From Schmidtea polychroa (lineage: Eukaryota), in assembly GCA_044892525.1 (NCBI GenBank), contig CM097885.1, positions 47,245,727 to 47,309,726 of the forward strand: DNA of 64,000 nucleotides. The letters are read 5' to 3'. The position numbers and the translations under genes were made by a program. Position 1 is the stretch's first letter. The number at the start of each line of letters is the position of its first letter. This document shows, piece by piece, positions 43,321 through 58,340 of the stretch. A model generated the notes under the pieces. It was not told the origin of the DNA, ran no database searches, and saw nothing but the letters and a program-made list of their open reading frames with translations.

Positions 43321-46066
43321 CCTTTTGATACTGTTTTATGCTTCGTTCGATTTCAGAATTTGTAGATAATATAATTGCTATCAATCGTCTATATCCTTTT
43401 CTAATAAATCTTTCTTAAATATGTTTGTTGACTATGATTTTATTAATAATAATATTCACCCTTTCAGTATCTTAAAAGATACAACTATTTTTCAGTTATA
43501 ATCCTACATAAATATTCAATATAATCCCCCCAAACAATTTTTTTGGCTTTGAAATAACTTCATTTTATTGATGATTATCATTTTCATGTGAGATAAATTT
43601 ACATGATCTATAACTACAAAACATGCAAATGTTGACTGCTAGAGTTTATCAATATTTTTAAATATCTCGCTATAAAACTAATGAACTTGACCTACTTTCA
43701 AAATAAACGCCTCATATTTAAAGTTTTTTTTTATTTACAAAACATATCTAGCTTTATTTGAAAGACTGCGAAATTAATGTAAGAAACGACTGATATCATT
43801 TATTTTGATAAAAATGAGTTTTCAATTTAGGCTTTATGTTCTGACTTATTTGACACAAAAAAGCTTAAAATTTCCAGGAAATATTTGACTACAAAAATAA
43901 AATTTTAACTCTTTGCAACCCAAAAACAAGTTACCCACCAGGTCCACAATTGTTTTAATGATATTTTGTATATATGATTTTCTTGAACTAAACTGGTCAA
44001 AACCCAACATATATAATCTACATTCTACACATATATTTGTTCTTAACACGAAATGTAAAAAACAATACATACATCGAAATCTGAAACTTCAAATGAGCAA
44101 TTATTAGAATGTCGAGTTAGACTCGACATAGGACTGCAGAAAGTTAAAAAATACAATGACATTTTGGTAAAATTGACACTAAAGATGAGACCGTCTAAAA
44201 AACAGGAGTAATTTTTTAAAATATCTTTTCATTAAGTTTTTTATTTTCAAATTTAAATATTTAACTATTTTAAATTTGAAAATCATGACATTATTTCTTG
44301 ACTAAATATTTATTTATGATTTGAGTTTTGGTTTCACCGAATCCCTAAAATGACAGTCAAAATATTCAACGTTTTAATATGACAATATTTATGGAATGAT
44401 TATAAGCGGTTACAACCAGAGTTTGACATTTGTTCTGTAAATGAATAGGATGTAGGTAATTTTGGTTTGGGCTTCTATGAAATCTTTGATCTTTTGAAGG
44501 TTAACGGAAAACATCATTTAACTGTTAATAATTTGTTGAATTGTTTGACTTTTTAACAAGTGTTTATTGTCATTTAGAATTCGATTAAAAGTACAGAAAT
44601 TGTTGGAGTAAAATTTGGAGTTAAAGTCATTCAAGCTGACAGGAAACGAAAATATTCCCTATTAAACAATTTTAAAAAGTGATTGATAGATATTTTAGCA
44701 TTTGTTTGTTTGAACAACCCTGAAAATTTTATTCACAGCTCACTGATCACATTTTAATTGGATTTTAAACGCAAACTAATTCATTTTCGACAGACATTTT
44801 ATGTGAATAATTAAATTTGTAAGAAAATAAATTAAAAATTTTACATCTATCATTTAGTTGGATTTTCATTTATCACAAACTCAGAAATAATGTAGGGAAA
44901 AAATCAAAATTAACATTTATTTAGATACGAAACTTGTATAGTGGTAAAACATAATTAAATTAGTTTGATCCAATTTAAAATGTTGAACTTTGGTTAATAT
45001 TAATTAGATTCAATGCAAATTTAAACAATCAATTTGCACAATTAGAGGAAAATTAAAACAAAACCTAATTGAAATTGTTTAAATAATCTTAAAAATAATT
45101 TAATATTTAATAGTCTATAATTAATTCAAATAGTATACATTTTGTTAATAAAAATAAAATTAATTAGAATATTAATTATAGATTATTAATTCACATTTAA
45201 AATGTGCTGATACTCAGAAACCTTTATTTAATACTTTTGATTATTTTTTTTTATATTTATATTATATAAGCATTAAAGTAAAAAATATTCTTTATATATA
45301 AAATTCCATTCCAACATAAAAAAATTAACTTATTATTGTAAGTTAAAGAGAAAGTTGGTAAAATATTTTTTTATTTTACGTTGAACATAATTTAGTTGAA
45401 TAAAGTTTGATGAAGAGACTAAAGAGCATATTTTAGATGATAATCTAATAAGAAGTTGCCTCCCAAAATTCACAAATATATATACACTATCAAGAAGTGT
45501 CAAAATTGTTATGGTGGAGCTCCACAGCCGAATGAGGGAGCTGGGAAGAACTTCATTGAAGCCAGCAGTTAATTTTAAAGTAAGTTCTGCACGAACATCA
45601 ACTATAATTCTAACTATAATATAATCATCTGACAACGAACTATGGAGTAAAATAAACCCAAATTTTTCGTGGAAAAAATACAGTAAACTTATCAAAATTC
45701 CAATGAAACAAGAAAAGAGATGATTCTCAATATCCGGTTAGTTTGTATTTTCTATATAAAACAACATCTGAAGTGGTTGTAATTTTGAGGTTTCAAGATC
45801 TTCATTGCCACGGTGGTTTATGTAGTGGCAATCGTTTACCTAAAAAAACTTAAAGAATAAATTTTAAAACTATTCAAAATAGGCTTAAAGCCTAAAAGAA
45901 TTTTGGAAATATTGAGAGAAAAGAAAATTGAAGTCAAATGAACAACTTTATGGAAAAGTTAATAAAAGAAAATTATTAATTAATCAGTATAATTTCATGA
46001 GAATTAGAGAAATGGTGTAACAACCACTTTCCAAATGAAGACAATGAAGTGTTTGACAAATAGATA

Positions 46067-47220
46067 TGTTGGGTATTTTGTGTAAGTCGGTATTACTGTC
46101 TGACTCCTTTGTGTTCGTTTCAAAATAAATAAACGACCCAACACAAAATCTTTATTTAAGACGATATAGTTACACTCAGTGGCGTAGCCAGAGTACTTGG
46201 CGCCCGGGGGCAGGGATGTTTATGGCGCCCTGGGCTTACTATAAAAAGTTTTTTGTGATATTAAAATAGACATATGTAAAAACGCCAAATATAAAATGCA
46301 TATTAATAAATTCTAAAATAATATTTTAAAAAAATATAAAATATAAAATATAAAAATATAACAAAACTAGAAAAAAACTGGAAAACAGAAAAATAAAATC
46401 CCTTTTTCATCGTTTATTTTAAAAAGTTTTCAATGCTTGGCTATATTTATATATTTTATATATATTGCGTTCAATCCGGCGCCCCAAAAATTGTGGCGCC
46501 CGGGGAAACTGTCACCTTTCGCCCCCACCTCGCTACGCCACTGGTTACACTTTACTTACACTTTTTATTAATTCAATCACACTTGATACAACCCTTTTTG
46601 GTCTGCACTTTTCAATAGACTATCAATCTCACGCATGGATAAATCTTCCAACGGGAGATGTCCCTTTCTGGTACGTTCGATTTAAATGATTTATTTGCTA
46701 CTAAATTTAACGTTTTCTGATCGCTCTCACTGAACTTCTTGTTTTCTTTTTCTTCGACCAACTGGCAATTTTGTTTTCTTGCCAGTCGCTTTTATACACT
46801 TTTTGTAATTTATTTTACTTTGACAAATTAGTCTGGATCTAATGTTCCCCCGGGCTTCCTCTTGTCGCTCTAATTCGCGTTGAGGAAATTGCCCCTTTTT
46901 CTTTGACGGCTCGCTTCAATTTAATTTTATTCGGCTAATTTAATATCCTTTCCTAATTTGATGGGTAATTCAGATTCTCTCAAATCGCTCGGGTTTTTTG
47001 TAATTTATTCCTTCTAGGGACCCCCGATTGATTTTATTTTATTATAGTTGAACTCGTCTCATTATTTAGCATCCGCCCATACCAGTTTCCCCCGGAAATT
47101 TATTTTTTAAATTTTTTTGATTTTTTAATTAATATTTTGTACTTTAAATTTTTATTGTGAATTTGGTGTTTTTATTGATTTTTCACTTAATATTTGTGCC
47201 TCTCCTATTGAACCCCAACA
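46067..47220. mobile_element. Probable solo LTR
   Basis: Bounded by TGTTGGG...CCCAACA (TG..CA with short inverted ends). Flanks GATA/CATA are a possible 4-bp TSD with 1 mismatch. It splits the MULE relic. Confidence 0.5.
46177..46543. mobile_element. hAT-type MITE nested in the LTR-like segment
   Basis: TIR CAGTGGCGTAGC / GCTACGCCACTG, perfect TSD GTTACACT, subterminal GGCGCCC motifs. Confidence 0.9.
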
Positions 47221-50086
47221 CATATACTACATATACATAAAAAAGTTAAGCCTGATAAAGATAATTATAAAAATGAAAAACTATTTACAGGATTCTTTTC
47301 TACCAAACATCTTTTCCAAAATTTAAAGAAGTCGACGCAGATGCAACATTTCAACTGATGTAGAAAGGTTAACCAGAAACGGAATTTATCAACTATTTGA
47401 ATAATACGTGATTTACTTTACTTCAAAATTGGTTTGAAGGAGCAACATAAAGATTACCAACAACTAATAATGCTCTTGAGTCATTTAACAGTGTAATAAA
47501 GAAAGAAGGAACTTTAGGAAAGAGGGTGTCATTAAGTAAGATTATTTGCTTTACTTTTAGAAATGTGTGTAAATTGGTCCAAACAGTTAAAATACGGAGA
47601 TAAATTATTTGTAAATAAGCCTTCAATTAGATAGACAGTTAAGACTAAAGCTTACAAATAAAGCAAACCAACCCAAGTTATTGTTTACAATGAAGCAAAA
47701 AATATTCTTACTGAATTCAGCTTAGAAACACTGGACAACCTATCTATCGAAGCAGTTAAGACTAGATGAGCTGGACATTTTGTGGATCATTCAAAAAGAG
47801 AGATTTTAGCGTTACCATTACAAAATTGCTAAATGAAGCAAACAAGGAATCATGGAAAACAGTGAGTGCACTTGTGGAAATTATTTCAAAACATATTTGT
47901 CTAAGCATATTATAAGAACTGCAATTCGACAAAAGTATTCAAAGGTTCCCGATATCGCCAAACAATTTGCAATTGGAGAAAAACAAAAAAGAGAACCAAA
48001 ATCAAAGACTATCTTTAATTTCTTATCTATTTGAGTTTTTATAAATTTACTAAATACTGTCAAATTTTAAATAAATACTGGTCACTTATCTGGTTTATAG
48101 TGATACTTTTAACCTTAAAACTGACCAAACTTTGATAAATACCGACCAAAACATATTAAATATACTGACCATAAATATAGTGAAAATTGAAAATAAATAC
48201 TGACCAAAACATTTGAAGTCAAATTTTTATGTATTTTTTGAATTTTCAATAAAATTCAATAGGGAGAATATCCCTTCTGACTCCTGGGGTTCTTTTTCAA
48301 ATGAGAAAGGCTCAGTAAATTATAAAGTTTTAATTTAATTTCAGTCAATTTTAACAAATAAATTTGATACAAATTTTAAAAGCTTTTTTGAAATTAATAC
48401 CAAGCTCGTTTCGTACTTTTAAATCTGATTGACAAATTTCTCGTGCACGCTCTAGGTCTTCGACCAAACTAGTAATTTACATTCTAAATTAGTTTGTTCA
48501 TATATAACTGTTTAAAATCATTTTCTTTTTTCTCTAGTTTCCAACAGGAAACCCTTTTATTTTTACAACGTAATCCCCGATAATTATATACATATCAATT
48601 TTATTAATTATCTAATTTTTCATATCATTTTAATAATCTCGATCTCGAACAAGATTATTTCTGTATTTTAAATTAATATATCTTTAATCAACAAACTTTT
48701 ATTTACAAATCATTTGTACCTCTATTTCGTTCGCCTAAATATATATATTTCTTTTTATTTATTAAAAAAATTAACGATGAATCAGTAAAGATATCGATGT
48801 ATTTTTATATATCTTTACTGATTCATAGTCAATTTTTTAATAAATACAATGTCAATTGAAATGAAATCAGAGGTGAAAATTGAAAAAAGTTCTTATAATT
48901 ATATATATTTTCTTTTTATTTGAAACTTTAAATGAAGTTTAAATATTTTACAACTGATTGAAAATTATTCTTTTTAATAATAAACTCCTAATAATTGTAT
49001 TTTTGGTATTGGTATTATTTGTGACTTTTTATAGAGATATAAAGTTAACATTATTAAACATTGAACAATGTATTATTATAATTCATTGTAACAATGGTAC
49101 CCTCTTTCCAATATCGCAGTGTTTGTCAAACTATTTTTTTTCGCGGAACCATTAAATGTAATTTTCTTTGGCATTGCCCCAAAAATTAAAAATCTCAAAA
49201 TATAAAGATATAGAATAAATTTATTTTAAAATTAATAATGAGAGGAATTGCACTGAACTTCACAGCAAAGTCTTTCAATTTGAGACTCAATAATTAGTGA
49301 CAGATCTCATTACCCCACGGAACTCGTTTGTGAATCACTACAATATAGTAACATGTTTTATTTAAATTAGACCTTAATAATAAACATTTCAACTTAAAAG
49401 TTCTATTTTCATCGCTGTTTATTATATTTATTTTGTTGTTATAAATGGTTTTATCATTATGATGCGTTTCGACATTGAATTTCCTCGACGTCTTGTATCG
49501 CCATTAATAAAATCCCATTAAACTTTTAAATGTAATTATCAATATAGTTTTAGTATGACTTCCTTACTAAGTGTATTGCAATTAAAACAACATAAATTGC
49601 AAAATTATTAAAATATATTTAAGAATGTTTTTTTCATAAACTAAAATTCGTTTTTATTCTCGAATAAAAATTAGAAATTATTAAAAACCTTAGAAGAAGC
49701 CAATTTCATTTATTCAGAGGTTTGATATTATTATTTCATATGATTTAAATAAGGGAAAACAGAAATTTTATCAATTTTGAATAAATTTATTTCAATAAAA
49801 TTCAAAATTCTTAGTTTTCCAACCAAAAAAGTAACTTTCTATTGAAAAATGCGTATTATGTCAATGGATAAAATTGATATCTTAATAACGCGTCATAAAT
49901 TGATACATTATTTTTATATTAACAGAGGTTTAATTCTCAATTTTGGATCTAATTTTGTTTGTTTTCCAATATTTTCTTATTTAAGGCATAGATTAATTTA
50001 ATAGAATTATAGGAAAATAGTTTTACAAAATGCTAAATATTAAAAATATATGATTATTGACCAATTTGAAAGTATTATTATCATTA

Positions 50087-50236
<150 letters not shown>

Positions 50237-50382
50237 TTTTGAAACAATTAAAATGAAATTGAAAAGGGCTATCTATCGAAATTCTTTTCATTTGTATTAC
50301 ATATATTATTCACAGCAAAAGGCTTAAATTATCATTATATTGTTTTAAAATTTAATTAATCCTTCTACCAAGTAATCATCAC

Positions 50383-53300
50383 TTTATACTCACTATATCC
50401 TAAACCCTTACTCTCATCCTTAAACTTTCCTATAACTGAGTCGAGTCTCCTAGAATATAAAGGATGAGAGGGATCATAATTTGAGGTGTCTAACAAGTCA
50501 TCCGAAATCATCGCTGGCAAAAGAACGTCAAGCTTTACATTTTTGACCTCTAAGAAGAAATTATCGGTATCACCCGCAACTATTTTTATATCACAGTTAA
50601 ACTGACTCCTATATTTTGCTAATTCTATGTACTGTAATTGATACATCCCTAGTTTGGATAAATCCAGCACTGATTGTCCGATGTAGCTGGGTCTATCCAA
50701 ACATATAGACTCCTTATTGAGATGTACACCAAAAAGATCATCATCAATTTTGATGGTTTTTCTAAATGATGGTTTTGATGAATGTAATTAATTTTTCCGC
50801 GGAATTACATAGTCGTAAATTTAATCTCTTCTTAAGGTTTTCAACGGATTTACCGTACAAGCTATTATTATACAATTTGAATAAATCTCTGTACAGTTCA
50901 CTGCTTGCTTCAGCTCTTAGCTGTGTATTTTTATTTATATAATTTTTAAAAATCGGTGCTTGCTTGAATTTTATAGCCTATGGATATGTACAACTTTGGC
51001 ACCAAGAGACAAATAAAGCTTGAGAAGCCTCCAATGAAGAACAACTTCTCAACTTTCGAACCAGGCGGGCACATTTTCTCAGGAGCAAGAGGAAAGTCAT
51101 TTAAAAAATCATGAAAAATTTCTGGAATATCTATATCCACTTCTATGGTATAACCATAGGGAAGGATTTCAATGTCAGCATTTATGCACTCGAGCAATAC
51201 ATCATTCAATCCATCATACACCCAAGTGAAATCAGCAAAAGGAAGATTTTGGCTAAGAGCCCAACCATACAGATTATTTATATCAATATATAATAATTCT
51301 GTATTATCAGAAGCAGCAACATAATGTTTGTTAACAAATGTTAACCCACCACGTATTCCTCCTTCGTAAAAATTGAACATTTCCATGTCCTGTAAAAGTT
51401 CTATAGGCTCAGTTAATGTCATAAGCGCTGAGGCCCATGACATACCCGGAATACCATAAAAGTTTAGAGGTTCTAGACCATTGTATGCAATGGGCTTGGC
51501 ACGGAATTGTTGGAAATAGTCCGCAAGGAGGAATACATCCAATCTTTGATAAGTTAACATATAGTCAGCCAATTTAGTATAACGTTGTTGAGTCCAAATA
51601 AGTTGAGCCTTAGCATACTCATCTTCAGTAACACCAGACCAAATAGGAGGCAATTCATAAGTGGTTTCAAGTACATCCAAATTAGTCGCATAATCATAAG
51701 GAAATATGGCTTTAGCATCTATTATTAGCCTATCAAAAACCGACGAAGTCAAAGGAAGATCAGTTAGAGTTTTTACAGCCTTAGCCAAAGAACAATTAAC
51801 AAATTGTATGCTGTCATTAAAACGAACAGCTAATTTTTTAATGTGAACAATCATCGAGATAAATTTCTCTGTGCTTGTGGGTATTATATCCAAATTCCAA
51901 GATGGAAAGCCATTGAGACCATATTTTAAAATATGGTGTAAATCGTAGCCTCGTAAATTATGAAATACAATCGGCAACTGTTTATAAATTCTGCGAGCCA
52001 TATTACATTTCCTACAGGCTGCACCGAGATAATTACCAGTAAAATGGTCATGATCTCGAACAGCAAGGGATAAAACCTTCTTGCAAAGATAGCAGCTCCT
52101 ACAAGATTTGAATTGTCGTTCCTCAGCAAAAGTCATAGGTCCTAACCGTTTATTCCCTTCAAGCTCACAATAAGGTAGGACAATTGTGACAGCAATTTGC
52201 TCTACTTTTTTAAGAAATTGAGGTATACAATCAAGACCATAAAACTCGTAATACGATTTTCTATTGTTAAGATTATTTATTAATAAAAGACCTGCTGAAA
52301 TAGGTAAATGTATTTGATGATGTTTAACATCTTTAGGTAAACCCGATTCAAAATCGGCATAAATAACAAAGGGTGGGGTGATTCTCTTTGAATGATTTTG
52401 AAACTCTAAATATTTATTTTCGGGTAAAGTGTAAAGGGTTGTACCCGTTTGATTTTTACTGCATAGGGCCACATGTTTAGTGAAAGCATTGTCTAGTCGA
52501 AAACTGTTAAGACAATGTGGGCACCATTTGCATCTTATTTGAATACTACAGTCATTATTACGATGGCAGTTCATTAAACGTGTAATGTTGGTCACTGCGG
52601 TGTAATGATAATTATCCTTATTTTCCAAGAGTAATAAATAAATTGGAGTACCGCCAGTAACCGTTGATCTGTGAATTATACTTAAGTGGGGGTGTTTAAA
52701 AACATAGTCATTAGGAACCTGATCATCATCAATTATCACAGTAGGGGTATAAGCCAGAACATTTATGGCGAGATTTAAGTCTAAATTTTTCTTTTCGAAT
52801 TCAGGTATATTACACAATTTCATCGGACAATCCATGACTTCATTGTAATTAAGAATATTTAAAAGATTTTCATATTTTGAAACTCTTTCAGGGTGGCTAC
52901 CTATTTCATCTTTTTTCAAGAGCGCGAGAATACTATATAGAAAACACTTATGATCCTTATTTTTAACATTTATAATTGCTCCTTTAGATTTCAAATCTGC
53001 AGGTGTACGAATGTAACTATGACCAGATAGGCGACAAATAGGAGCAAATTTAGTCAGAATGAAATCGATCTCTAAGATATTAATTACTCTCCAGCCACTA
53101 CCTAAATAGGTAAACTTTTCAATTTTTTCGTTTAACTTATTAACCCCCTCAATTAAAAAGTTATCCGAAAAGATCTCGGCTTTATTTGAAAAGTAGTTGT
53201 CACGGATTTCCCCATCTTTTTCAAATCTTATAAGAATAGCGAATTGAATTTTGACGCTACCCATGTTATTTATTTCAGATGTTAACTTTTCAGTGATCCT

Positions 53301-53932
53301 ATCCGTTATTATAATTTTAATTAATTGTGAATCGGCAATATCAAATCGAATAGTTCGAATGGCGCCATTTAAATTTGATTCTATTATCGGCTCAATCGCT
53401 AAAGATGATTCACCTATTTGATTTATAGTATTTATAGTATTATCATTATTTATATTTTCATTTATAGTATTTATAGTATTAATATTATCATTTATAATAT
53501 CATGATTTATAGTATATATAATATTATTACATTCGTCATCACTGAGTAGAATGACTTCATTTTTAATAATTTCGTCGTCACTGATCTCAATGACTTCAGT
53601 TTTTATAATTTTATTTTTAATTTTAGACACCCTATGTTCAGCAGGTCTTTTATTAGATTTCTTTTTTGTGTTATTATTTAAAATATTTACAATTTCAATG
53701 TTATTCTTATTTATTATTTTAAACAGTTCTTTTTTATTTGTTTTGAAAGAATTTAAGTGCTGAGAATGTTGACTATAAAATTCCTTATACCTTACACTCT
53801 GGGAAGTTTTGCATATGGGGCAAATAAAAAAGTTGATGCCATTAAAAGGTTGGCGATAATATTTCTTCATATTTTTGTGGCATATCAAACTATATCCGAT
53901 TGACGATACATAGTATCGTGGGTATAATCGAC
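50383..53932 (-). pseudogene. Protein-primed family B DNA polymerase (pPolB) copy 1, near full length
   Basis: ORF 50946-53957 plus frameshifted continuation: C2H2-like CPICK..H..H, GSGW, DHKCF..HY (OTU-like), VIYADFES, endonuclease-VII-like CYLC..RDHDH..CRKCN, FHNLRGYD, YIDINNLYG, KLYNNSLYGK (~50850-50880), GDTDN, GKFKDE. Truncated by a dispersed repeat at ~50385. Phase-1 acceptor TTATCAG| at 53933. Confidence 0.95.
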
Positions 53933-54088
53933 CTGATAAATTATAAATATATATCAAATATATTTATAAATTATTGAAAAAATATTAATCATAAAAAGTG
54001 TATTCATAATGTAATTTTATTGTAGAGTTATTGCAATGTTTTTATTCAATATTATTATCATGTATTTATTGATATTTATGTGGGGCAT

Positions 54089-54600
<512 letters not shown>

Positions 54601-54793
54601 AGAATCAAATAGAGAAAATAACGAACTTTGTCCAAAATAAATTTATCGATATTAGAACAAATTCATACATACTTATATACATCATATACTGACATTATAG
54701 TATTAATATTTATTTATATACATTTAAAGATTATAAAATAAACTTAAAAATAAACTTTATAAAAAATATACTTAAAAATAAATTAATACTAAC

Positions 54794-54960
54794 AAGTCTC
54801 CTCCAAATCTGTTTCCTCCTCAATAGAAACGGTGGCATCATTTTCTGTATCAATAATAATTTATTAAATAATTTAATAAATAAATAAATAAATTTACTTA
54901 AAACATCGTCCTCAATAATAATAATTGAAGCATTGTCATCATCTTCAATTGTTATTGGTT
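54794..54960 (-). CDS. Two acidic phase-1 micro-exons (54960-54898, 54844-54794) upstream of pPolB copy 1
   Basis: AG|..PITIEDDDNASIIIIEDDVL|GTAAAT..CAG|..NDATVSIEEETDLEET|GTTAGT. 63 and 51 nt. Similar to the NNALTSIEE repeats at 58.7 kb. Confidence 0.6.
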
Positions 54961-54978
54961 CTAAGACAATAATGATAT

Positions 54979-57515
54979 TAAAAGTTCTATGGGTTCCGTT
55001 AATGTCATAAGCGCTGAGATCCATGACATGCCAGGAATTCCATAGAAATTTAAAGGTTCCAATCCATTGTATGCAATGGCATTGGCCCGGAATTGTTGAA
55101 AGTAATCAGCGAGTAGGAATACATCGAGTTTGAGGTAGGTTAACACATAGTCACGAAAATTTATACAGTTTTGCTGCGTCCAGATTAGTTGTGCCTTAGC
55201 GTACTCATCTTCGCTAAAACCAGACCAAATAGGAGGTAGTTCATATGTAGTCTCAAGAACATCAAATGAGGTAGCAAAATCATACGGAAAAATACCTTTA
55301 CAGTCAACTATAGTACCTTGAAAGACAGACGAAGTTAAAGGAAGAGAAGTTAGTGTTTTCACAGCCTTAGCTAAAGAGCAATTAACAAATTGCATAGAAT
55401 CTATAAATCTCACAGCCAATTTATTGATATGTACAATTAACGAAATAAATTTTTCGGTTGAGGTAGGAATTATGTTCAAGTCCCAAGATGGAAAGCCATT
55501 GAGACCGTGTTTTAAAATATGATGGAGGTCATAACCTCGTAAATTATGAAAGACAATAGGTAGTAGACGATAAATTCGACGAGCAACATTACATTTTCGG
55601 CAAGATGCCCCTAGATATTTACCAGAGAAATGACAGTGGTCTCTTACCGGATTTACTATAGGTTTTTTACATAAGCAGCAATTTCGACAAGATTTAAACT
55701 GACGTTCCTCAATGAAAGACATCGGTCCTATCAACTTATTACCTTCCATATCATAATACGGTATCACAACAGTAGTAGCAATTTCCTCAACTTCTTTTAA
55801 GAAAATCAGTAATACAGTCAAGGCCATAAAATTCAAAATATTGTTTAGTATTTTTATAATTATTTATTAATAAAAGGCCTGCTGAACTAGGCATATGAAT
55901 TTGATGATGACGAACATCAGGGGGTAAAACCGACTCAAAATCGGCATAAATTACAAAAGGTGGTGTTATTGTTTTTGAAAAATTTTGAAATTCGAGATTT
56001 CTATTTGAGGGTAAAGTGTAAAGGGTTGTACCTGTCTGATTTTTGGCACATAATGCGACATGAATATTAAACGCGTTATCTAATCGGAACCCGTTAAGAC
56101 AGTGTGGCACCATTGACATCTTATTTGAACGTTAAAGTCCGGGTTCCGATGACAGTTCATTAGTCTATTGATATTGGTCACAGCAGTATAATGATATCGA
56201 TCCTTATTTTCTAATAATAACAAATAAATTGGGTTTCCGTCAGTGACCTTTGATCGATGGATAAGACTTAAATAAGGATGGTGAAAGACATAATTATCAG
56301 GGGTTTCATCGTCATCAATTATTATAGTTGGAGTGTATGAAAGCACATTAATGGCTAATTTTAAATTTATGTTTTTCTTTTCAAATTTAGGAATGTTAAT
56401 TAATTTCATGGGACAATCCGTGACTTCGTCATATTTTAATTCACTCAAAAATTCAGTATATTTAGATACTCTTTGAGGATTTTCACCTATTTGATCTTTC
56501 TTTAATAAGTAAAGAATGGAATACAGAAAGCATTTATCGTCGCTATTTTTGATGTTTAGTATAGCTTTTTTATTTTTCAATTCAGAAGGGGTTTTAATAT
56601 ATTGATGTCCTGCCAAGCGACTAATTGGTTAATATTTAGTGATAATAAAATGTATCTCAAGAATGTTGATTACGCGCCATCCACTGCCTAAATATGTAAA
56701 TTGTTCTATTTTTTCATTTAGGTTATGAACCCCTTCGTTTAAAAAGTCATCAGAAAATGTCGTTGCATTATTAGAAAAGTAATTGTCACGGATTTCACCA
56801 TCTTTTCAAGTCGAATTAATATCGCAAATTGAATTTTGACGCTCCCCATTTTATTAATTTAGTTTTGATTTTATCAGTTAAAATTATTTTAATTAATTGC
56901 GCATCTGATACATCAAAACGTAAAGTCTTGATAGTGCCATTTAAATTTATTATGATTAAGGGTTCATTCTCTAAGGAAGAACCTCCAAATTGAATCAACT
57001 CATTATTTATAATATCTACATTATTTATAATAGGTATAATTTCATTATTTACAATATTTTCGTTATTTATAATTTCATTATTTATAATAGGTATAATTTC
57101 GTTATTTACAATAGGTATAATTTCATTATTTACAATATTTATAGAGTCATCATCACTGATTTCGATGACTTCCTTTTTAATAATTTTACTAGGTATATTA
57201 TTTTCTTTATTTTCAGCAGGTCTTTTATTTTTTGATGTTTTATTTCTTGATGTTTTATTTTGTATAATATTTAAATATCACAGTTATTTTTATTAATTTC
57301 CCTAAATAGGTCTTTTTTATTTACTTTAAAAGAATTTAAATGATTTGAATGTTGTTTAAAAAATTCTTTATATCTAACGCTCTGGGAAGTTTTGCATATG
57401 GGGCATATAAAAAAGTTGATGCCATTAAATTTATGCATGTAATATATTTTCATGTTTTTATAGCATGAAATACCATGACCGATTGACGACATGCAATATC
57501 TTGGGAAAAAAGAAC
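54979..57515 (-). pseudogene. pPolB copy 2 (diverged paralog), frameshifted, truncated before the polymerase motifs
   Basis: ORFs 57271-57492, 56816-56998, 56080-56616, 55787-56119 and 54961-55836 are collinear with copy 1 up to LTEPIELL. Same phase-1 acceptor ATCAG|GT at 57516. Confidence 0.93.
57000..57138 (-). repeat. ~24-nt coding tandem repeat (IIPIINNE-like) in the pPolB linker
   Basis: tcattatttataataggtataatt-like units. Confidence 0.7.
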
Positions 57516-57666
57516 CTGATAAAAAAAAATTATGTAAATTAATTTTTAAAAATTAATTCATTAACATATAAATAATAATAAAAAATCAAATATCGCAATG
57601 TCGATATTTTGATGTTATTATCATTCATTATTATACAAGTCTTTGTAATGAAAACTTGTATAATAA

Positions 57667-58011
57667 CAGTGCTCGAAGTGAGGCGGGATAGCCGGGATAT
57701 TATCCCGGCATTGATTATGTAGGCGGAATTGCATCCCGGCACTTCATTTCATATAATCTATAGGTTTATCCCGGTACTTATTTCATTTTATAGGCACACA
57801 AATACTGCAATTAAGGTCACACATAGTACATCCATATATGTATGTATATATATATATATATATTCTTTATTCTCTATTCTCTATTCAATTTGTTGGACAC
57901 CCCCCAAAGTTTTGCAACACCCCCAACTGAAAATTTCTGCATAAAAGCCTGGAATCCCGGGTGCCACAGCATGCCTATCCCGGCACATATTTTGTTCCAC
58001 TTCGAGCACTG
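57667..58011. mobile_element. hAT-type MITE inserted in the Polinton
   Basis: TIR CAGTGCTCGAAGTG / CACTTCGAGCACTG, perfect TSD TATAATAA, subterminal ATCCCGG motifs including the palindrome GCCGGGATA-T-TATCCCGGC. Confidence 0.9.
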
Positions 58012-58114
58012 TATAATAATAAATGTTATAACTTTGTTATAACTTGCACGTGTATTGGATGAGCACTGCATTTTCAGCATAATATTTTCTTCATTTTCCT
58101 CATTTTCCTCATTT

Positions 58115-58175
<61 letters not shown>

Positions 58176-58340
58176 GACAGAGATGTATCTGCATGCTGAC
58201 TGCAGACTACAAGGTATATTAATATATATTATCATTATTAATATTATCATTATTAATATTATTATTTAAACTAATGTAGATGCTCATTGCAAACTACAAG
58301 GAATAGATATTGTTTCTTAAAATCTTTTTTAAACATTTTC

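Larger units (their letters stand above)
45760..48000 (+). pseudogene. MULE/Mutator transposase relic with SWIM finger, interrupted by an LTR-like insertion
   Basis: LEKWCNNHFPNEDNEVF (~46005-46055), FSTKHL..ADATFQL (47290-47360), WFEGA..PTTNNALESFNSVIKKEGTL (47429-47520), CTCGNYFKTYLSKH..IGEKQKR (47860-47995). Left boundary is approximate. Confidence 0.75.
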
